From Christensenellaceae bacterium (GTDB lineage Bacteria; Bacillota; Clostridia; Christensenellales; CAG-138): a stretch of 64,000 nt of DNA. The stretch covers positions 3,608 to 67,607 of the forward strand of contig JAFLSU010000004.1 in assembly GCA_022510765.1 (NCBI GenBank), read 5' to 3'. Positions 36,889 to 45,645 of the stretch are shown here, piece by piece. The first letter of the stretch is position 1. Every line of letters starts with the position of its first letter. The notes under the pieces were generated by a model. That model did no database searches. It was not told the DNA's origin and saw only the letters and a list, made by a program, of their open reading frames with translations. The translations under genes were made by a program, and so were the position numbers.

Positions 36889-38289
36889 ATGAATGATTTT
36901 AACGAATCAAACTTCGTAAACGGAAGTGTGCAGGGCGTTGCTCCGAACGGAAACGGGCAGAGTGGCGATAAGGTGCGAAGCGTGTCGTGGAGCGAGGGAG
37001 ATAAAGTTCATGTTGAAACGACCGTGATACACAAGAACGTGCCTTCCGTAGGCACGATACTTATCACCGCAATAACCTTCCTTGTAATCGGTGCGCTGGT
37101 TGCAAGTGGCATCCTGCTTGCAAGGTTTATAGAGATCGACACCATTTCCGCCGCGCTCGTAGGTTCGCTCGAATCGGATGATCCATCGAACACGACGAAC
37201 CCGCCCCTCATCACGAATCCTTCGCTCGCTACCAACCCGCCTGCGGGCGATGCCACGGGCGGCGGAAGCCATAGTCCATCCATCGTATTTGGGGATGCTA
37301 ACCCGATCCCCAATATTTATAGTAGCTCAGTCGAGGGCGTGGTAATCATCAACAGCTATTCCGGAAACAGAAACTCCAATTACAATCTCATCGGCACGGG
37401 AACCGGATTCTTCATATCGACGGATGGCTATGTCCTCACCAACGCGCACGTAGTTGAGGACGCGGTCTCCGTTTGGATAACCTTCTATGATGGCTCGAAC
37501 ACCAAGGCAAGCATCGTGGGCTATGATGTAAGCACTGATGTTGCGGTACTGCGCGTTGAAGCCTCCAAGGTGACGAAAGCGCTTACGATAGGCAATTCCG
37601 ATTCCGTTCAAACGGGTGATTTTGTGCTTGCGATAGGACACCCAACGGGAGAGGAGCTGAGCTTCACCGGAACCTTTGGTATGGTCGGCGCGGTAAATCG
37701 CAGCGTACTCATCGATGGTATGCGCAATACCTACATTCAGATCGACGCGGCGATCAACCCGGGCAACAGCGGCGGGCCGCTCTTTGATATGAACGGAAAT
37801 GTGATTGGGATCAATTCAGCAAAGACCGTTATAGCAAGCTATAATGAAGACGGTGAACCGATCAGTGCCGAAGGCTTGGGCTTTGCGCTGCCGATAAACA
37901 ACGCAATGGATATTGCGTCCAAATTGATCGAGGACGGCAGCATACCGAGACCCGGCATCGGCGTAAGCGTCATTACTATCAATGAACAGCGTGCCGAATC
38001 GTTCAATATCCCCTGCGGCGCATTGGTCTACAGCGTCATAAAGGACGGTCCCGCTCACAAGGCAGGGCTGTATGCGGACGACATCATCGTCAAGGCGGGT
38101 GATACGGAGATTACCGATAAGGAGCTCTTCGTAGAAATAATCCAAGGGCTGAACGTGGGAGATTCGATCGAGCTTCAGTATTGGCGCGACGGAGAGATGC
38201 ACACCTGCACCCTCGTTGTCGGAAACCTTAACGAGATAGGCAGCGAGGTTCTCGACGATGCCTATGGCGGCAGTAATTTCGGATTTTAA
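36889..38289 (+). CDS. HtrA/DegP-like trypsin-family serine protease with PDZ domain
   Basis: TM anchor. Catalytic triad contexts TNAHVV, DVAVLRV and GNSGGPL. C-terminal PDZ. Downstream of the two-component pair. Confidence 0.9.
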   Translation: MNDFNESNFVNGSVQGVAPNGNGQSGDKVRSVSWSEGDKVHVETTVIHKNVPSVGTILITAITFLVIGALVASGILLARFIEIDTISAALVGSLESDDPSNTTNPPLITNPSLATNPPAGDATGGGSHSPSIVFGDANPIPNIYSSSVEGVVIINSYSGNRNSNYNLIGTGTGFFISTDGYVLTNAHVVEDAVSVWITFYDGSNTKASIVGYDVSTDVAVLRVEASKVTKALTIGNSDSVQTGDFVLAIGHPTGEELSFTGTFGMVGAVNRSVLIDGMRNTYIQIDAAINPGNSGGPLFDMNGNVIGINSAKTVIASYNEDGEPISAEGLGFALPINNAMDIASKLIEDGSIPRPGIGVSVITINEQRAESFNIPCGALVYSVIKDGPAHKAGLYADDIIVKAGDTEITDKELFVEIIQGLNVGDSIELQYWRDGEMHTCTLVVGNLNEIGSEVLDDAYGGSNFGF

Positions 38290-38300
38290 TGTTTTCGGGA

Positions 38301-38366
38301 CGCTGCCCTGAACCCCGTCGGAGGCTTTTTGAAAAAAGCCCCTGAACCCCTAAAAACTTTTAAGGG
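38301..38366 (-). repeat. Nested-hairpin intergenic repeat, family B, copy 3 (inverted)
   Basis: The reverse complement (CCCTTAAAAGTTTTTAGGGGTTCAGGGGCTTTTTTCAAAAAGCCTCCGACGGGGTTCAGGG) aligns with copy 2 at roughly 70% by eye. Confidence 0.55.
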
Positions 38367-38370
38367 AAAA

Positions 38371-38419
38371 CAAAAAGAGGGTGTCCCTCGGGTCAAATAA
38401 TGACTTTGGGGACACCCTC
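38371..38419 (-). terminator. Intrinsic terminator closing the phage-like virion block
   Basis: An 11-bp stem (GAGGGTGTCCC / GGGACACCCTC), followed on the minus strand by TTTTTG. Confidence 0.6.
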
Positions 38420-38463
38420 CGTGTTATTGATCGGTCTTAAGGCATTACCTAAATGAACCAATA

Positions 38464-38679
38464 CTACGTTCGCTCGGTGTCGTCCTTTTTTAGCTCCGCC
38501 AAGGCTGCCTCTAAAAGAAGCAGTCTTGTTTCAAATTCGTAAATCTTCTCGGCAATCAGTGCAAAATTCTGATTAAGGCAGTTTTCGTTTGCCTTGATGT
38601 CTGCTTCGTGGTTTCGCGCGTCCTCCGTTTTTTCACGTTCGAGCGGCAATGCAATATAGTAAAGCGCACGCATATCCAT
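38464..38679 (-). CDS. Phage-associated small coiled-coil protein, unknown function
   Basis: ATG at 38679 with GAGGTG SD 6 nt upstream. Heptad-rich 71 aa. Last gene of the virion block, ahead of the terminator. Confidence 0.45.
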   Translation of the reverse strand: MDMRALYYIALPLEREKTEDARNHEADIKANENCLNQNFALIAEKIYEFETRLLLLEAALAELKKDDTERT

Positions 38680-38694
38680 AATGCTCACCTCTTG

Positions 38695-40113
38695 TTAGTC
38701 GACCCTGCGGCGAAGTCCGAGACAAAGCTCGACCCCGCCTTCTAACGTAAAATGACCGCCCGCTTCATTTGCAAACTTCAACCGAATGCATCGAGCCTCA
38801 TTAAGCATCGGTATTTCAAGCACTTCGCTGCGGTCTTCCGGGAGTATCGCACGATAGTGCGTCTTTACGGTGCCAGCATCCGCCTCAATGAGGAGCGTAT
38901 CCCCGCTCCCGCGAATGTATAGCTCATGCAGGCTCTTGATGGCAGCCTTGTCCCCGAGATCGGTCAGCGGTGTGTACCAGTATGCGTTTATTGGCTGTCC
39001 GTCGTAGGTATTGCCGCTGCCCCACAGGTAGACATGGTGCGTATTGTTGACGAGCAGCAGATTCTCTCCAAGCACGGTAATGTCGTTTACATTAAACCCT
39101 TCCCGCAGCATGTACTTATGCTCGATCAGGTCGTACTCGATTATTGCATCCGTTTTCGCGCCTCCGCGCTTTAGGGTGAAGTATAGCTTGTCCTTTACAA
39201 CTACGGCCCTTGTGCCGCTCACGTCCGATTCAGAAAGGATACCCTTTATCATCCTCATATCGGGGCAGGGACGCGCGGTCACGCCGTTATAATAATAAAG
39301 CCCGTCCGCTGTTACGAAGTACAGTACGTCTCCATATGCGGCAATTGCGGTATGCACGGTGCTGCGTATGCTTGTGTCGATACGCTCGATCGTGAAGTTC
39401 GATGGTCTGTCTCCGATCAAACGATACAGGCTGTTCTTCTTAAATATAAGAAGTTGGTTGGAAAGCGCGCGTATTGCAACGATTGGATCGCCGCCGGTGC
39501 TGCCAACCTCCGCATGGCCTCCTTCGACCGCAGGCGAAGATTCAACATAGCCCCAGTCTTCAATGGTGCGTCCGCTGCCGGGCAAGCAGGAGTAATATAG
39601 GCGGTCAGGGTTTTCGGGATCGCCTGCGGCAAAAAGTCGCCCGCGATAGATGGTAAGATATGACACAGGGATATTGGAACAGCCTTCCTCGGAACCAAAA
39701 GGAGTTGCCCTGGTTCCGTCGAATTTAATCAGCTGGTGCGCTCCATCGGCGATCAAAAGGTAATCCACAGTATTTATCCGAACAAGTGCCGTATCGTAAT
39801 GGATCGTTGTTCTTGCATCCTCGTAATTATAAACCTGCCCCCATACGCCGTTCTTATAGACATAAACCTTCTTGCCTGTGATGACTATGGGCATCTCTCC
39901 CTTGGAGGACTTGTGAACGGCAATGGCATCGATCGTATCGGAACCTGGAATCATCGACTGAATGTATTTTGTGTATCCGCTTGCTACGCTGAGATTGCCG
40001 TCGGTAGTGTCCATATTCGCGGCATCCGGCGAAAAGGTGGGGGAAAGCCCGTTTTCATCGCTGCCCTGATTTATACCGATAAAGCGTTGTATGGAGTATG
40101 TATTTAGTCCCAT
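38695..40113 (-). CDS. Phage virion protein, beta-propeller-like; resembles the P22 gp10 tail-hub / 'phage stabilisation protein' family
   Basis: 472 aa. Repeated G..LY(F/Y) blades. The length and N/C-terminal character recall P22 gp10 from memory. Not verified by HMM. Confidence 0.55.
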   Translation of the reverse strand: MGLNTYSIQRFIGINQGSDENGLSPTFSPDAANMDTTDGNLSVASGYTKYIQSMIPGSDTIDAIAVHKSSKGEMPIVITGKKVYVYKNGVWGQVYNYEDARTTIHYDTALVRINTVDYLLIADGAHQLIKFDGTRATPFGSEEGCSNIPVSYLTIYRGRLFAAGDPENPDRLYYSCLPGSGRTIEDWGYVESSPAVEGGHAEVGSTGGDPIVAIRALSNQLLIFKKNSLYRLIGDRPSNFTIERIDTSIRSTVHTAIAAYGDVLYFVTADGLYYYNGVTARPCPDMRMIKGILSESDVSGTRAVVVKDKLYFTLKRGGAKTDAIIEYDLIEHKYMLREGFNVNDITVLGENLLLVNNTHHVYLWGSGNTYDGQPINAYWYTPLTDLGDKAAIKSLHELYIRGSGDTLLIEADAGTVKTHYRAILPEDRSEVLEIPMLNEARCIRLKFANEAGGHFTLEGGVELCLGLRRRVD

Positions 40114-40128
40114 TTACAGCAGCCTCCT

Positions 40129-40677
40129 TTAGTATCGATTGGTGATCTTATACGCATCATCGTTTCCTACGCCCCGACGAAGTCTGGCTTTTGCCGCTTC
40201 ATACATACCAAGATAAAGATTGCTCCCGCCTTGCGTTGATACATCGCCCGCCATGCGCTCCCTGCCCACGACATAGCTTACCATTAATCCGTGAAGTCCC
40301 TCGTTTAGCTCGCTGATATCGGTGGGATTTTCGAGCGGCTTGGGCTCATAACGATAGGTTATGTACGCCGTCTCATCGTAGGGAAGCAGTATATCATCTT
40401 GGGTAGCGCCGCTTCGAAACGGTACCGAACGATCGAGCTGAACGACCTTTATGACCTTGCGGCAGCTTCGCGGGAGCTTCCTTAGATTCACTACTCCATA
40501 ATTGGGTTTGACTGCGTCAGTTCGCATGAGGCCGATTGCATAGGCAAGGTCACTCTGAGCATCGTTTGCATAGCGCGTAAGGCGTTCGCGGTAGGTATCG
40601 AGGGTCTGTGCATCGTGCCCACGGTCGAGCTGCGAGAGAGCGGAGACGAGAATATCGTTTAACGTCATGGATTCCAC
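40129..40677 (-). CDS. Phage head-tail adaptor-like protein
   Basis: 182 aa. N-terminal helix (LNDILVSALSQLDRGHDAQTLD) resembles gp4/gp6-type adaptors. Lies directly upstream of the hub-like gene. Confidence 0.45.
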   Translation of the reverse strand: MESMTLNDILVSALSQLDRGHDAQTLDTYRERLTRYANDAQSDLAYAIGLMRTDAVKPNYGVVNLRKLPRSCRKVIKVVQLDRSVPFRSGATQDDILLPYDETAYITYRYEPKPLENPTDISELNEGLHGLMVSYVVGRERMAGDVSTQGGSNLYLGMYEAAKARLRRGVGNDDAYKITNRY

Positions 40678-40680
40678 CTC

Positions 40681-40893
40681 CTAAGCAAGCCGTGCGCCGG
40701 ACGGAGTCGTATAAGCTCTGACACGATCCTCGCTGAGCTTTCTTTCAATCTCACATTGACGTATCAGCTTTGCGAGGAAATCGGGCACTTCAACGGGTAC
40801 GCCGCGCTCGATGCGGTAGTTCACGCTGTTGACACAGCCTTCCCAAGGGATGTTGGGTGCGGTTCTTTCAAGGATGATTGTTTCGGTTTTCAT
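40681..40893 (-). CDS. Phage-associated hypothetical protein
   Basis: ATG at 40893 (MKTETIILER) after AGGAGA SD. 70 aa. Tightly packed with the adaptor-like gene. Confidence 0.5.
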   Translation of the reverse strand: MKTETIILERTAPNIPWEGCVNSVNYRIERGVPVEVPDFLAKLIRQCEIERKLSEDRVRAYTTPSGARLA

Positions 40894-40982
40894 CTGTCTT
40901 TCTCCTAACATCGTTTTTTGTTGAAATTCTTGGTGGTTTGGTGTACCATGTACGGGAATTATCTGCGGTGAGGAGCTTGCTT

Positions 40983-41963
40983 ATGAAGCACAAACTGTTC
41001 ACGGGGGTACTTTGCGTTGTGCTTGCCTCCGTTTGCTATGGAATAACGCCCATACTGTCCAATACTGCGCTTAACGGCGGCCTTCCGGCTGAGTTTGTGA
41101 CGCGCGTATTCGGCGAAAACGCGGTTTCGATCATGGCCGCTCATGATTCGCGGGCAATGACGAATGAAAGCGTAGTTGGCATCAGCATGGGCATTGCATG
41201 TCTGCTCTCGCTCATCAACGGCTTAGCACGCGGGAAGTCAGTGCGTGTGAGCGGCAAGCAGGCGTGGCAGCTCGCACTCCTCGGCGGTGGAGCGCTGCTT
41301 GCGACGCTGCTGCTGATCACATACTCATACCTTCGCATACCTGCAGGGTTGACGATCGTGCTGAATTTCACATACCCGGTCTTTGTCGTGATAGCGATGA
41401 CGCTCTTTTTCAAGGAAAGGCTCAGGCCCATGACGCTTTTGCCGCTTGCTGTGGCAATAGCGGGTATAGTGCTTATCTCCCATGCTTCGATAGGAGGAAG
41501 CCTTGATCTAATCGGAGTTTTGATCGCCATCGTTTCGGGCATCGCGTATGCCGTTTATTTTCTTGCGGGTCGGAATTCTGCGTATGCGGGCTTGGACACT
41601 TCGGTATCAAACCTGTACATCACTGGCTCGGCGTGCATCCTTGGCATGATAATAGCCATAGCTTTCAATAGGTTTTCCGTGCCCTCCGATTGGTTTATGT
41701 GGCTCATACTCTTCTTTGAAGCGCTGCTTGGGTACACCATTGGGTTACAGCTTCTGTTGAAGGGTATTCGTCTGCTCGGTTCAACAACGGCATCGGCATT
41801 GAATACGCTCGAACCCGCGTTTGCGTCCATCACAAGCATGATAGTCTTTGGCGAACCCATGTGGCTCACAAAGGGCATAGGGGTGGTGCTTGTGCTTACG
41901 GCTGCTGTTGTCAGCATACTCACTCTGAAAAAGCCTGAAAATCCTGTCGAACTATCGGAGTGA
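40983..41963 (+). CDS. DMT-superfamily (EamA-type) transporter
   Basis: ATG at 40983 (MKHKLFTG). About 10 TM in two EamA-like halves. On the opposite strand to the flanking phage genes. Confidence 0.85.
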   Translation: MKHKLFTGVLCVVLASVCYGITPILSNTALNGGLPAEFVTRVFGENAVSIMAAHDSRAMTNESVVGISMGIACLLSLINGLARGKSVRVSGKQAWQLALLGGGALLATLLLITYSYLRIPAGLTIVLNFTYPVFVVIAMTLFFKERLRPMTLLPLAVAIAGIVLISHASIGGSLDLIGVLIAIVSGIAYAVYFLAGRNSAYAGLDTSVSNLYITGSACILGMIIAIAFNRFSVPSDWFMWLILFFEALLGYTIGLQLLLKGIRLLGSTTASALNTLEPAFASITSMIVFGEPMWLTKGIGVVLVLTAAVVSILTLKKPENPVELSE

Positions 41964-41984
41964 GTTTATCTTTAAATTTATATT

Positions 41985-42251
41985 TTATGAGTTCACCGCA
42001 TCAAACGCACCGTTTGAGGCAAGCGCGACGACCGTGGCGTTGATAAGAGCGATCGCAACATTTTCCAGTGAGAAAGCGTCTTCAAACAGCATCGCAAGCA
42101 GCATTAGCACGACAGCGACCACATAGCTGAATATGCGAGTGGGGATTTTTTTGATGAATCCAAGTTCCTTCAAAAACTGTGTCAGCATCGTTGTTGCGAG
42201 CGTCGCACCGGAGCATGTGAGAAGTGCGTTCCAGGTAAAGAATTCTTGCAT
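41985..42251 (-). CDS. Phage holin
   Basis: 88 aa with 2-3 TM. Motif (GATLATTMLTQFLKELGFIKKIPTRIFSYVVAVVL) is typical of clostridial phage holins. Adjacent to the lysin. Confidence 0.7.
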   Translation of the reverse strand: MQEFFTWNALLTCSGATLATTMLTQFLKELGFIKKIPTRIFSYVVAVVLMLLAMLFEDAFSLENVAIALINATVVALASNGAFDAVNS

Positions 42252-42326
42252 TTTTCTTATGTCCTATTTTTCTTATAAATGCATTCAGATATATTTAGAT
42301 GCATTAAGATTTATTCAGATGCGTCG

Positions 42327-43082
42327 CTATACTCTGTGCGCACAATGTGCTTCGACAAACTCGTTTACTCCGCCCATGGTCAGGACTCCGCATTTTCCGT
42401 CCACCGAGCCGCAGTAGTATCCGAGGGAGTTGAGCGCGGACTGCAAGCTCTTGATGGCTTCGCCCTGGATCATGGGGCTGGTTACGGTAAGTCTAATCTG
42501 CTCATCATGACAGTCCTCGTCATAGATAAGCTGTTTGCTGATGATACCGCGATGCGTCCATGGCCTTTCGGACAGCTTCGTTACGCATACGCCAAAGCGC
42601 AGTCCGCGCGCCTCCACGACGAGGGGTTCGCCGTTCAGGAATCCGCAGACGAAGCCAACATGCGTCATGCGGCTATCGCTGTTGCTGAAATAGACGCCCT
42701 CTCCAATGACATAGGGACGGTTGATGCTGCTGAGCGAACCCTTGTCGGTGCACCAGCAGCTATAGCAGTAGTTGGAATTTACGTCCATGCCAAGATAGAC
42801 ATCGAGCAGACCCTGACAATCGCAAACCGTAACCTTTTTTTCGGCCCAATTCTCGGTTGCCTGATCGAAGCTAGCACGAGTCCAGCCCTTCTTTGAATAA
42901 TAGTCATTGAACTTGCGGTCAAGAAGATCCTTTGTAACCTTGTGACCCGTGGTTCCGTACAGGTATTCCCATGGCTCAGTACCGCATTCACTGATATCGA
43001 GGGGCAGCTGTGCGCCGAGGGGGATGCTTTCACGTTTTGCGTGGGATAATGCAAAACGGATGAAGTCGATTGCGTTTTTCAT
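42327..43082 (-). CDS. Phage endolysin: cysteine-peptidase (NlpC/P60- or CHAP-like) domain plus C-terminal PG_binding_1-like domain
   Basis: AAAGGAGAA SD. Cys/His-containing hydrolase core (DCQGLL..HVGF). C-terminal GEAIKSLQSALNSLGYYCGSVDGKCG peptidoglycan-binding repeat. Confidence 0.7.
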   Translation of the reverse strand: MKNAIDFIRFALSHAKRESIPLGAQLPLDISECGTEPWEYLYGTTGHKVTKDLLDRKFNDYYSKKGWTRASFDQATENWAEKKVTVCDCQGLLDVYLGMDVNSNYCYSCWCTDKGSLSSINRPYVIGEGVYFSNSDSRMTHVGFVCGFLNGEPLVVEARGLRFGVCVTKLSERPWTHRGIISKQLIYDEDCHDEQIRLTVTSPMIQGEAIKSLQSALNSLGYYCGSVDGKCGVLTMGGVNEFVEAHCAHRV

Positions 43083-43125
43083 TATTTTCTCCTTTGTTAA
43101 TTGTTGATATTTAAGTTAGTTGGTA

Positions 43126-43205
43126 CAAGATTCAGAGCATCCGCACATGCCTCAAAGAGACTATGCAAGATTCAAAGCGACCGTGCATGCCTCAACGAAT
43201 CCGTA
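43126..43205. repeat. 40-bp tandem direct repeat (2 copies) between the fibre and lysin genes
   Basis: CAAGATTCAGAGCATCCGCACATGCCTCAAAGA.. followed by CAAGATTCAAAGCGACCGTGCATGCCTCAACGA.. Confidence 0.7.
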
Positions 43206-43225
43206 CAAAATCATTCATGTCAGGT

Positions 43226-44491
43226 TTAAACTCTTCCGCTTCCTCCAATGATAGAACCTATCTGACCAAGCGCGGTATCCACGTCCCCTATGAGGTCGTA
43301 CACGCATTTTGCGGAGGGGTATTGGGTGTGCGTGCTGCTCTCGGAGATGTCGGTCACCTTGTTGACAACGTCCTCCTTTTGCTGGAGCATATTCACCCAA
43401 CTGTTCCAGTCAATCTGAGTATCCGTCTTGAACGTTCCCGTGCGGTATCTGATAGCGCCCGAGGCATTTATATGCACCTGGCGTATCGTGCCGGAAGGTT
43501 TAACATGTTCACTCGAAACCTCTGAATCAACGAGCAGCAGTCCGCCGTCGTAGCTGTACCAGCCCGCTAAATATGTGGCGTCAACGGCATTGTTTCCGAC
43601 AAGGGGGCTGGTATCGGGTTGCACGATACCTCTGATGATGCTGCTGCGCATCGATTCGGCTAAACGCCTTGCAAGTTCTGCGGATTCCCTTGACAGTTCC
43701 GCAGATACCCTTGTGCTTTCGGCCGCCGCTCTCTCCAGTTCAGCGGCTGCACGCGCATTTTCTGCGGATACACGGGCATTTTCAGCTGAGATACGCTGCT
43801 TTTCAGCGAGAACGCGCGACTTTTCTGCGGAAACTCGTTCCGATTCTGCGGCTGTACGCGCATCCTCAGCGGCTGCGCGGGTGTTTTCTGTGGTAACCCT
43901 ACCGTTTTCCGCTATGACACGCGCGTTTTCGGCTTTTACGCGCTGAGCTTCGTTCGCGACGCGCCTGTCCTCTGCCGAAACCCTGATAGATTCGTTGTCC
44001 GCGCGTTGAGCTTCGGCCTCAAGAACCAGTTCGATGAGCTTCATCAGCATTGGGAATTCGCGTATGGTCTGTAGCGTATCATCGTTCAGAATGCTTCTTC
44101 GGCACGAAAAATTGAATTTTGCGCTCGTGACGAGGTTTGAGTATACGGGCACGCGATCTACTTCACTATCCAAGTTGGTGTAGATCTGAAGCTCACATTC
44201 AACAAGACCGGGTGCGACCGATTCCGGGAACAACTCGATGATGACTTCATTGCCAATTATGGTTACTCCTCCGTTTGCATCGCCGCTGTCCTGCATGAAG
44301 GTGCCGTTGCTGTTGGAGAATACCGCCAAAACCCGTTGCCCTGTGAGAGAGACGGGCGAGCCGCTGTCGGTAAGACTGATAACTATCTGGTTGCCGGTAT
44401 CGCCGTCAACGACCTCAAATCCTCTGTTGGAGGATGATCGCTTGAGGTCGAGCTCGATTTCGTATTTCTTTACGATAGAACGTGAACCCAC
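43226..44491 (-). CDS. Phage tail fibre / baseplate upper protein (BppU-N-like N-terminus, heptad coiled coil, C-terminal head domain)
   Basis: GTG start after GGGAGGTG. N-terminal 130 aa resemble the BppU_N/DUF2479 domain. Followed by 16 consecutive R-[VA]-x-A-E-x-x heptads. Confidence 0.7.
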   Translation of the reverse strand: MGSRSIVKKYEIELDLKRSSSNRGFEVVDGDTGNQIVISLTDSGSPVSLTGQRVLAVFSNSNGTFMQDSGDANGGVTIIGNEVIIELFPESVAPGLVECELQIYTNLDSEVDRVPVYSNLVTSAKFNFSCRRSILNDDTLQTIREFPMLMKLIELVLEAEAQRADNESIRVSAEDRRVANEAQRVKAENARVIAENGRVTTENTRAAAEDARTAAESERVSAEKSRVLAEKQRISAENARVSAENARAAAELERAAAESTRVSAELSRESAELARRLAESMRSSIIRGIVQPDTSPLVGNNAVDATYLAGWYSYDGGLLLVDSEVSSEHVKPSGTIRQVHINASGAIRYRTGTFKTDTQIDWNSWVNMLQQKEDVVNKVTDISESSTHTQYPSAKCVYDLIGDVDTALGQIGSIIGGSGRV

Positions 44492-45585
44492 CCTGTTTCA
44501 CCTCCCGAGTGATTGCCGTGTCCGCCGCCTCCGCTGCTTGGCGCGTCGTAGAGGGAACGCAGCCTGAGATACTCATCATGGGAAAGACTACGGATTATCT
44601 CATTGCGGATATTGACCCAGTATGCGTCCGCGCTATGGAAAACCTTGTGTCTATCGGCTTTGGACAGATATTCCATGTAAGCGCAGTACTCCGCGTAACT
44701 GGAAGTGCTGCTTTCGATCGGCTCATCCTGCTCATTGCTCGCGCTCTGACTGTTGCTGTTTCCGGAACCGTGACTTGAACCTCCTCCGCCATTGCTGCTG
44801 CCGCCGCTGCCGCTGGCGGCAGCCTGGTCGAAGGAATGCTGTAGGAATATTGTCGCAAACTGTGCTTGCAGCTTGCTTAATTCGTTTGTTGCGTTGTAGA
44901 GGTACTCCGCAATATCCGAGGTGTAGTTCGCTTCAAGCCTTGCCACATCCGACGCGATATTATCGTATTCGCGGTGCTTCATGCTTGAAAGATAGCTTGA
45001 GCCGCCCATGCCGCGCGAGTATGCGTCGGCATCAAGCTCTGCGAGTGTAGCTTCGCCGTATCTTTGCCGCTGTTCGATCGCGGCATCGACGCTCGGACGA
45101 AGCAGGGCTTCAAGTTGATCATACAGTTCATCGAAGGTCGGGAACGTCATCGGGATACCGTAGCTGTTGAGAATTGCGATTATGCGATTGTAGGCATCCT
45201 CAAAGCCGGTGTAACCGCTCCCTCCGACTCCTCCGCTTCCGCTGTTGCCGTAAGTACCGCTTCCATCGTAGTTTCCGCCGCCAAACCCAGTGCTGCCGGA
45301 TCCCGTGCCGCCGGATCTGGGCTGCGCGAGCGCTCCGCTGCCGTTCCCGTTTGGATTTGTTGCCGAGGCGGTAGAAACGGCTCCTCTGTTCCTGCCAGTT
45401 GAGTAGGAAGTGCTTCCCATCTGTTGCGCGCCGTGCGCGTTTGAGACAGGGATTAATGCGCCCGTCGTGCCGTTCGCAGTCGACCGCCCGGCTTTAACGG
45501 CGGACAGGGCGGCTTCGGAATTGCTTTCATATCCGTCACCGCTGCTAACAAGACGCGGTTTGCGTTTCTTTATGAAATATGCCAT
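44470..45585 (-). CDS. Gly/Ser-rich phage-associated protein, unknown function
   Basis: ATG at 45585 (MAYFIKKRK) after AAAGGAGG. Three G/S/N-rich low-complexity tracts flank helical segments. The stop overlaps the fibre start by 22 nt. Confidence 0.6.
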   Translation of the reverse strand: MAYFIKKRKPRLVSSGDGYESNSEAALSAVKAGRSTANGTTGALIPVSNAHGAQQMGSTSYSTGRNRGAVSTASATNPNGNGSGALAQPRSGGTGSGSTGFGGGNYDGSGTYGNSGSGGVGGSGYTGFEDAYNRIIAILNSYGIPMTFPTFDELYDQLEALLRPSVDAAIEQRQRYGEATLAELDADAYSRGMGGSSYLSSMKHREYDNIASDVARLEANYTSDIAEYLYNATNELSKLQAQFATIFLQHSFDQAAASGSGGSSNGGGGSSHGSGNSNSQSASNEQDEPIESSTSSYAEYCAYMEYLSKADRHKVFHSADAYWVNIRNEIIRSLSHDEYLRLRSLYDAPSSGGGGHGNHSGGETGWVHVLS

Positions 45586-45645
45586 GGTTGGCCTCCTTTC
45601 GATTTGGGGAGTGCGCGGGTACGGCGCGCTCCCCGGGTGCATCTA

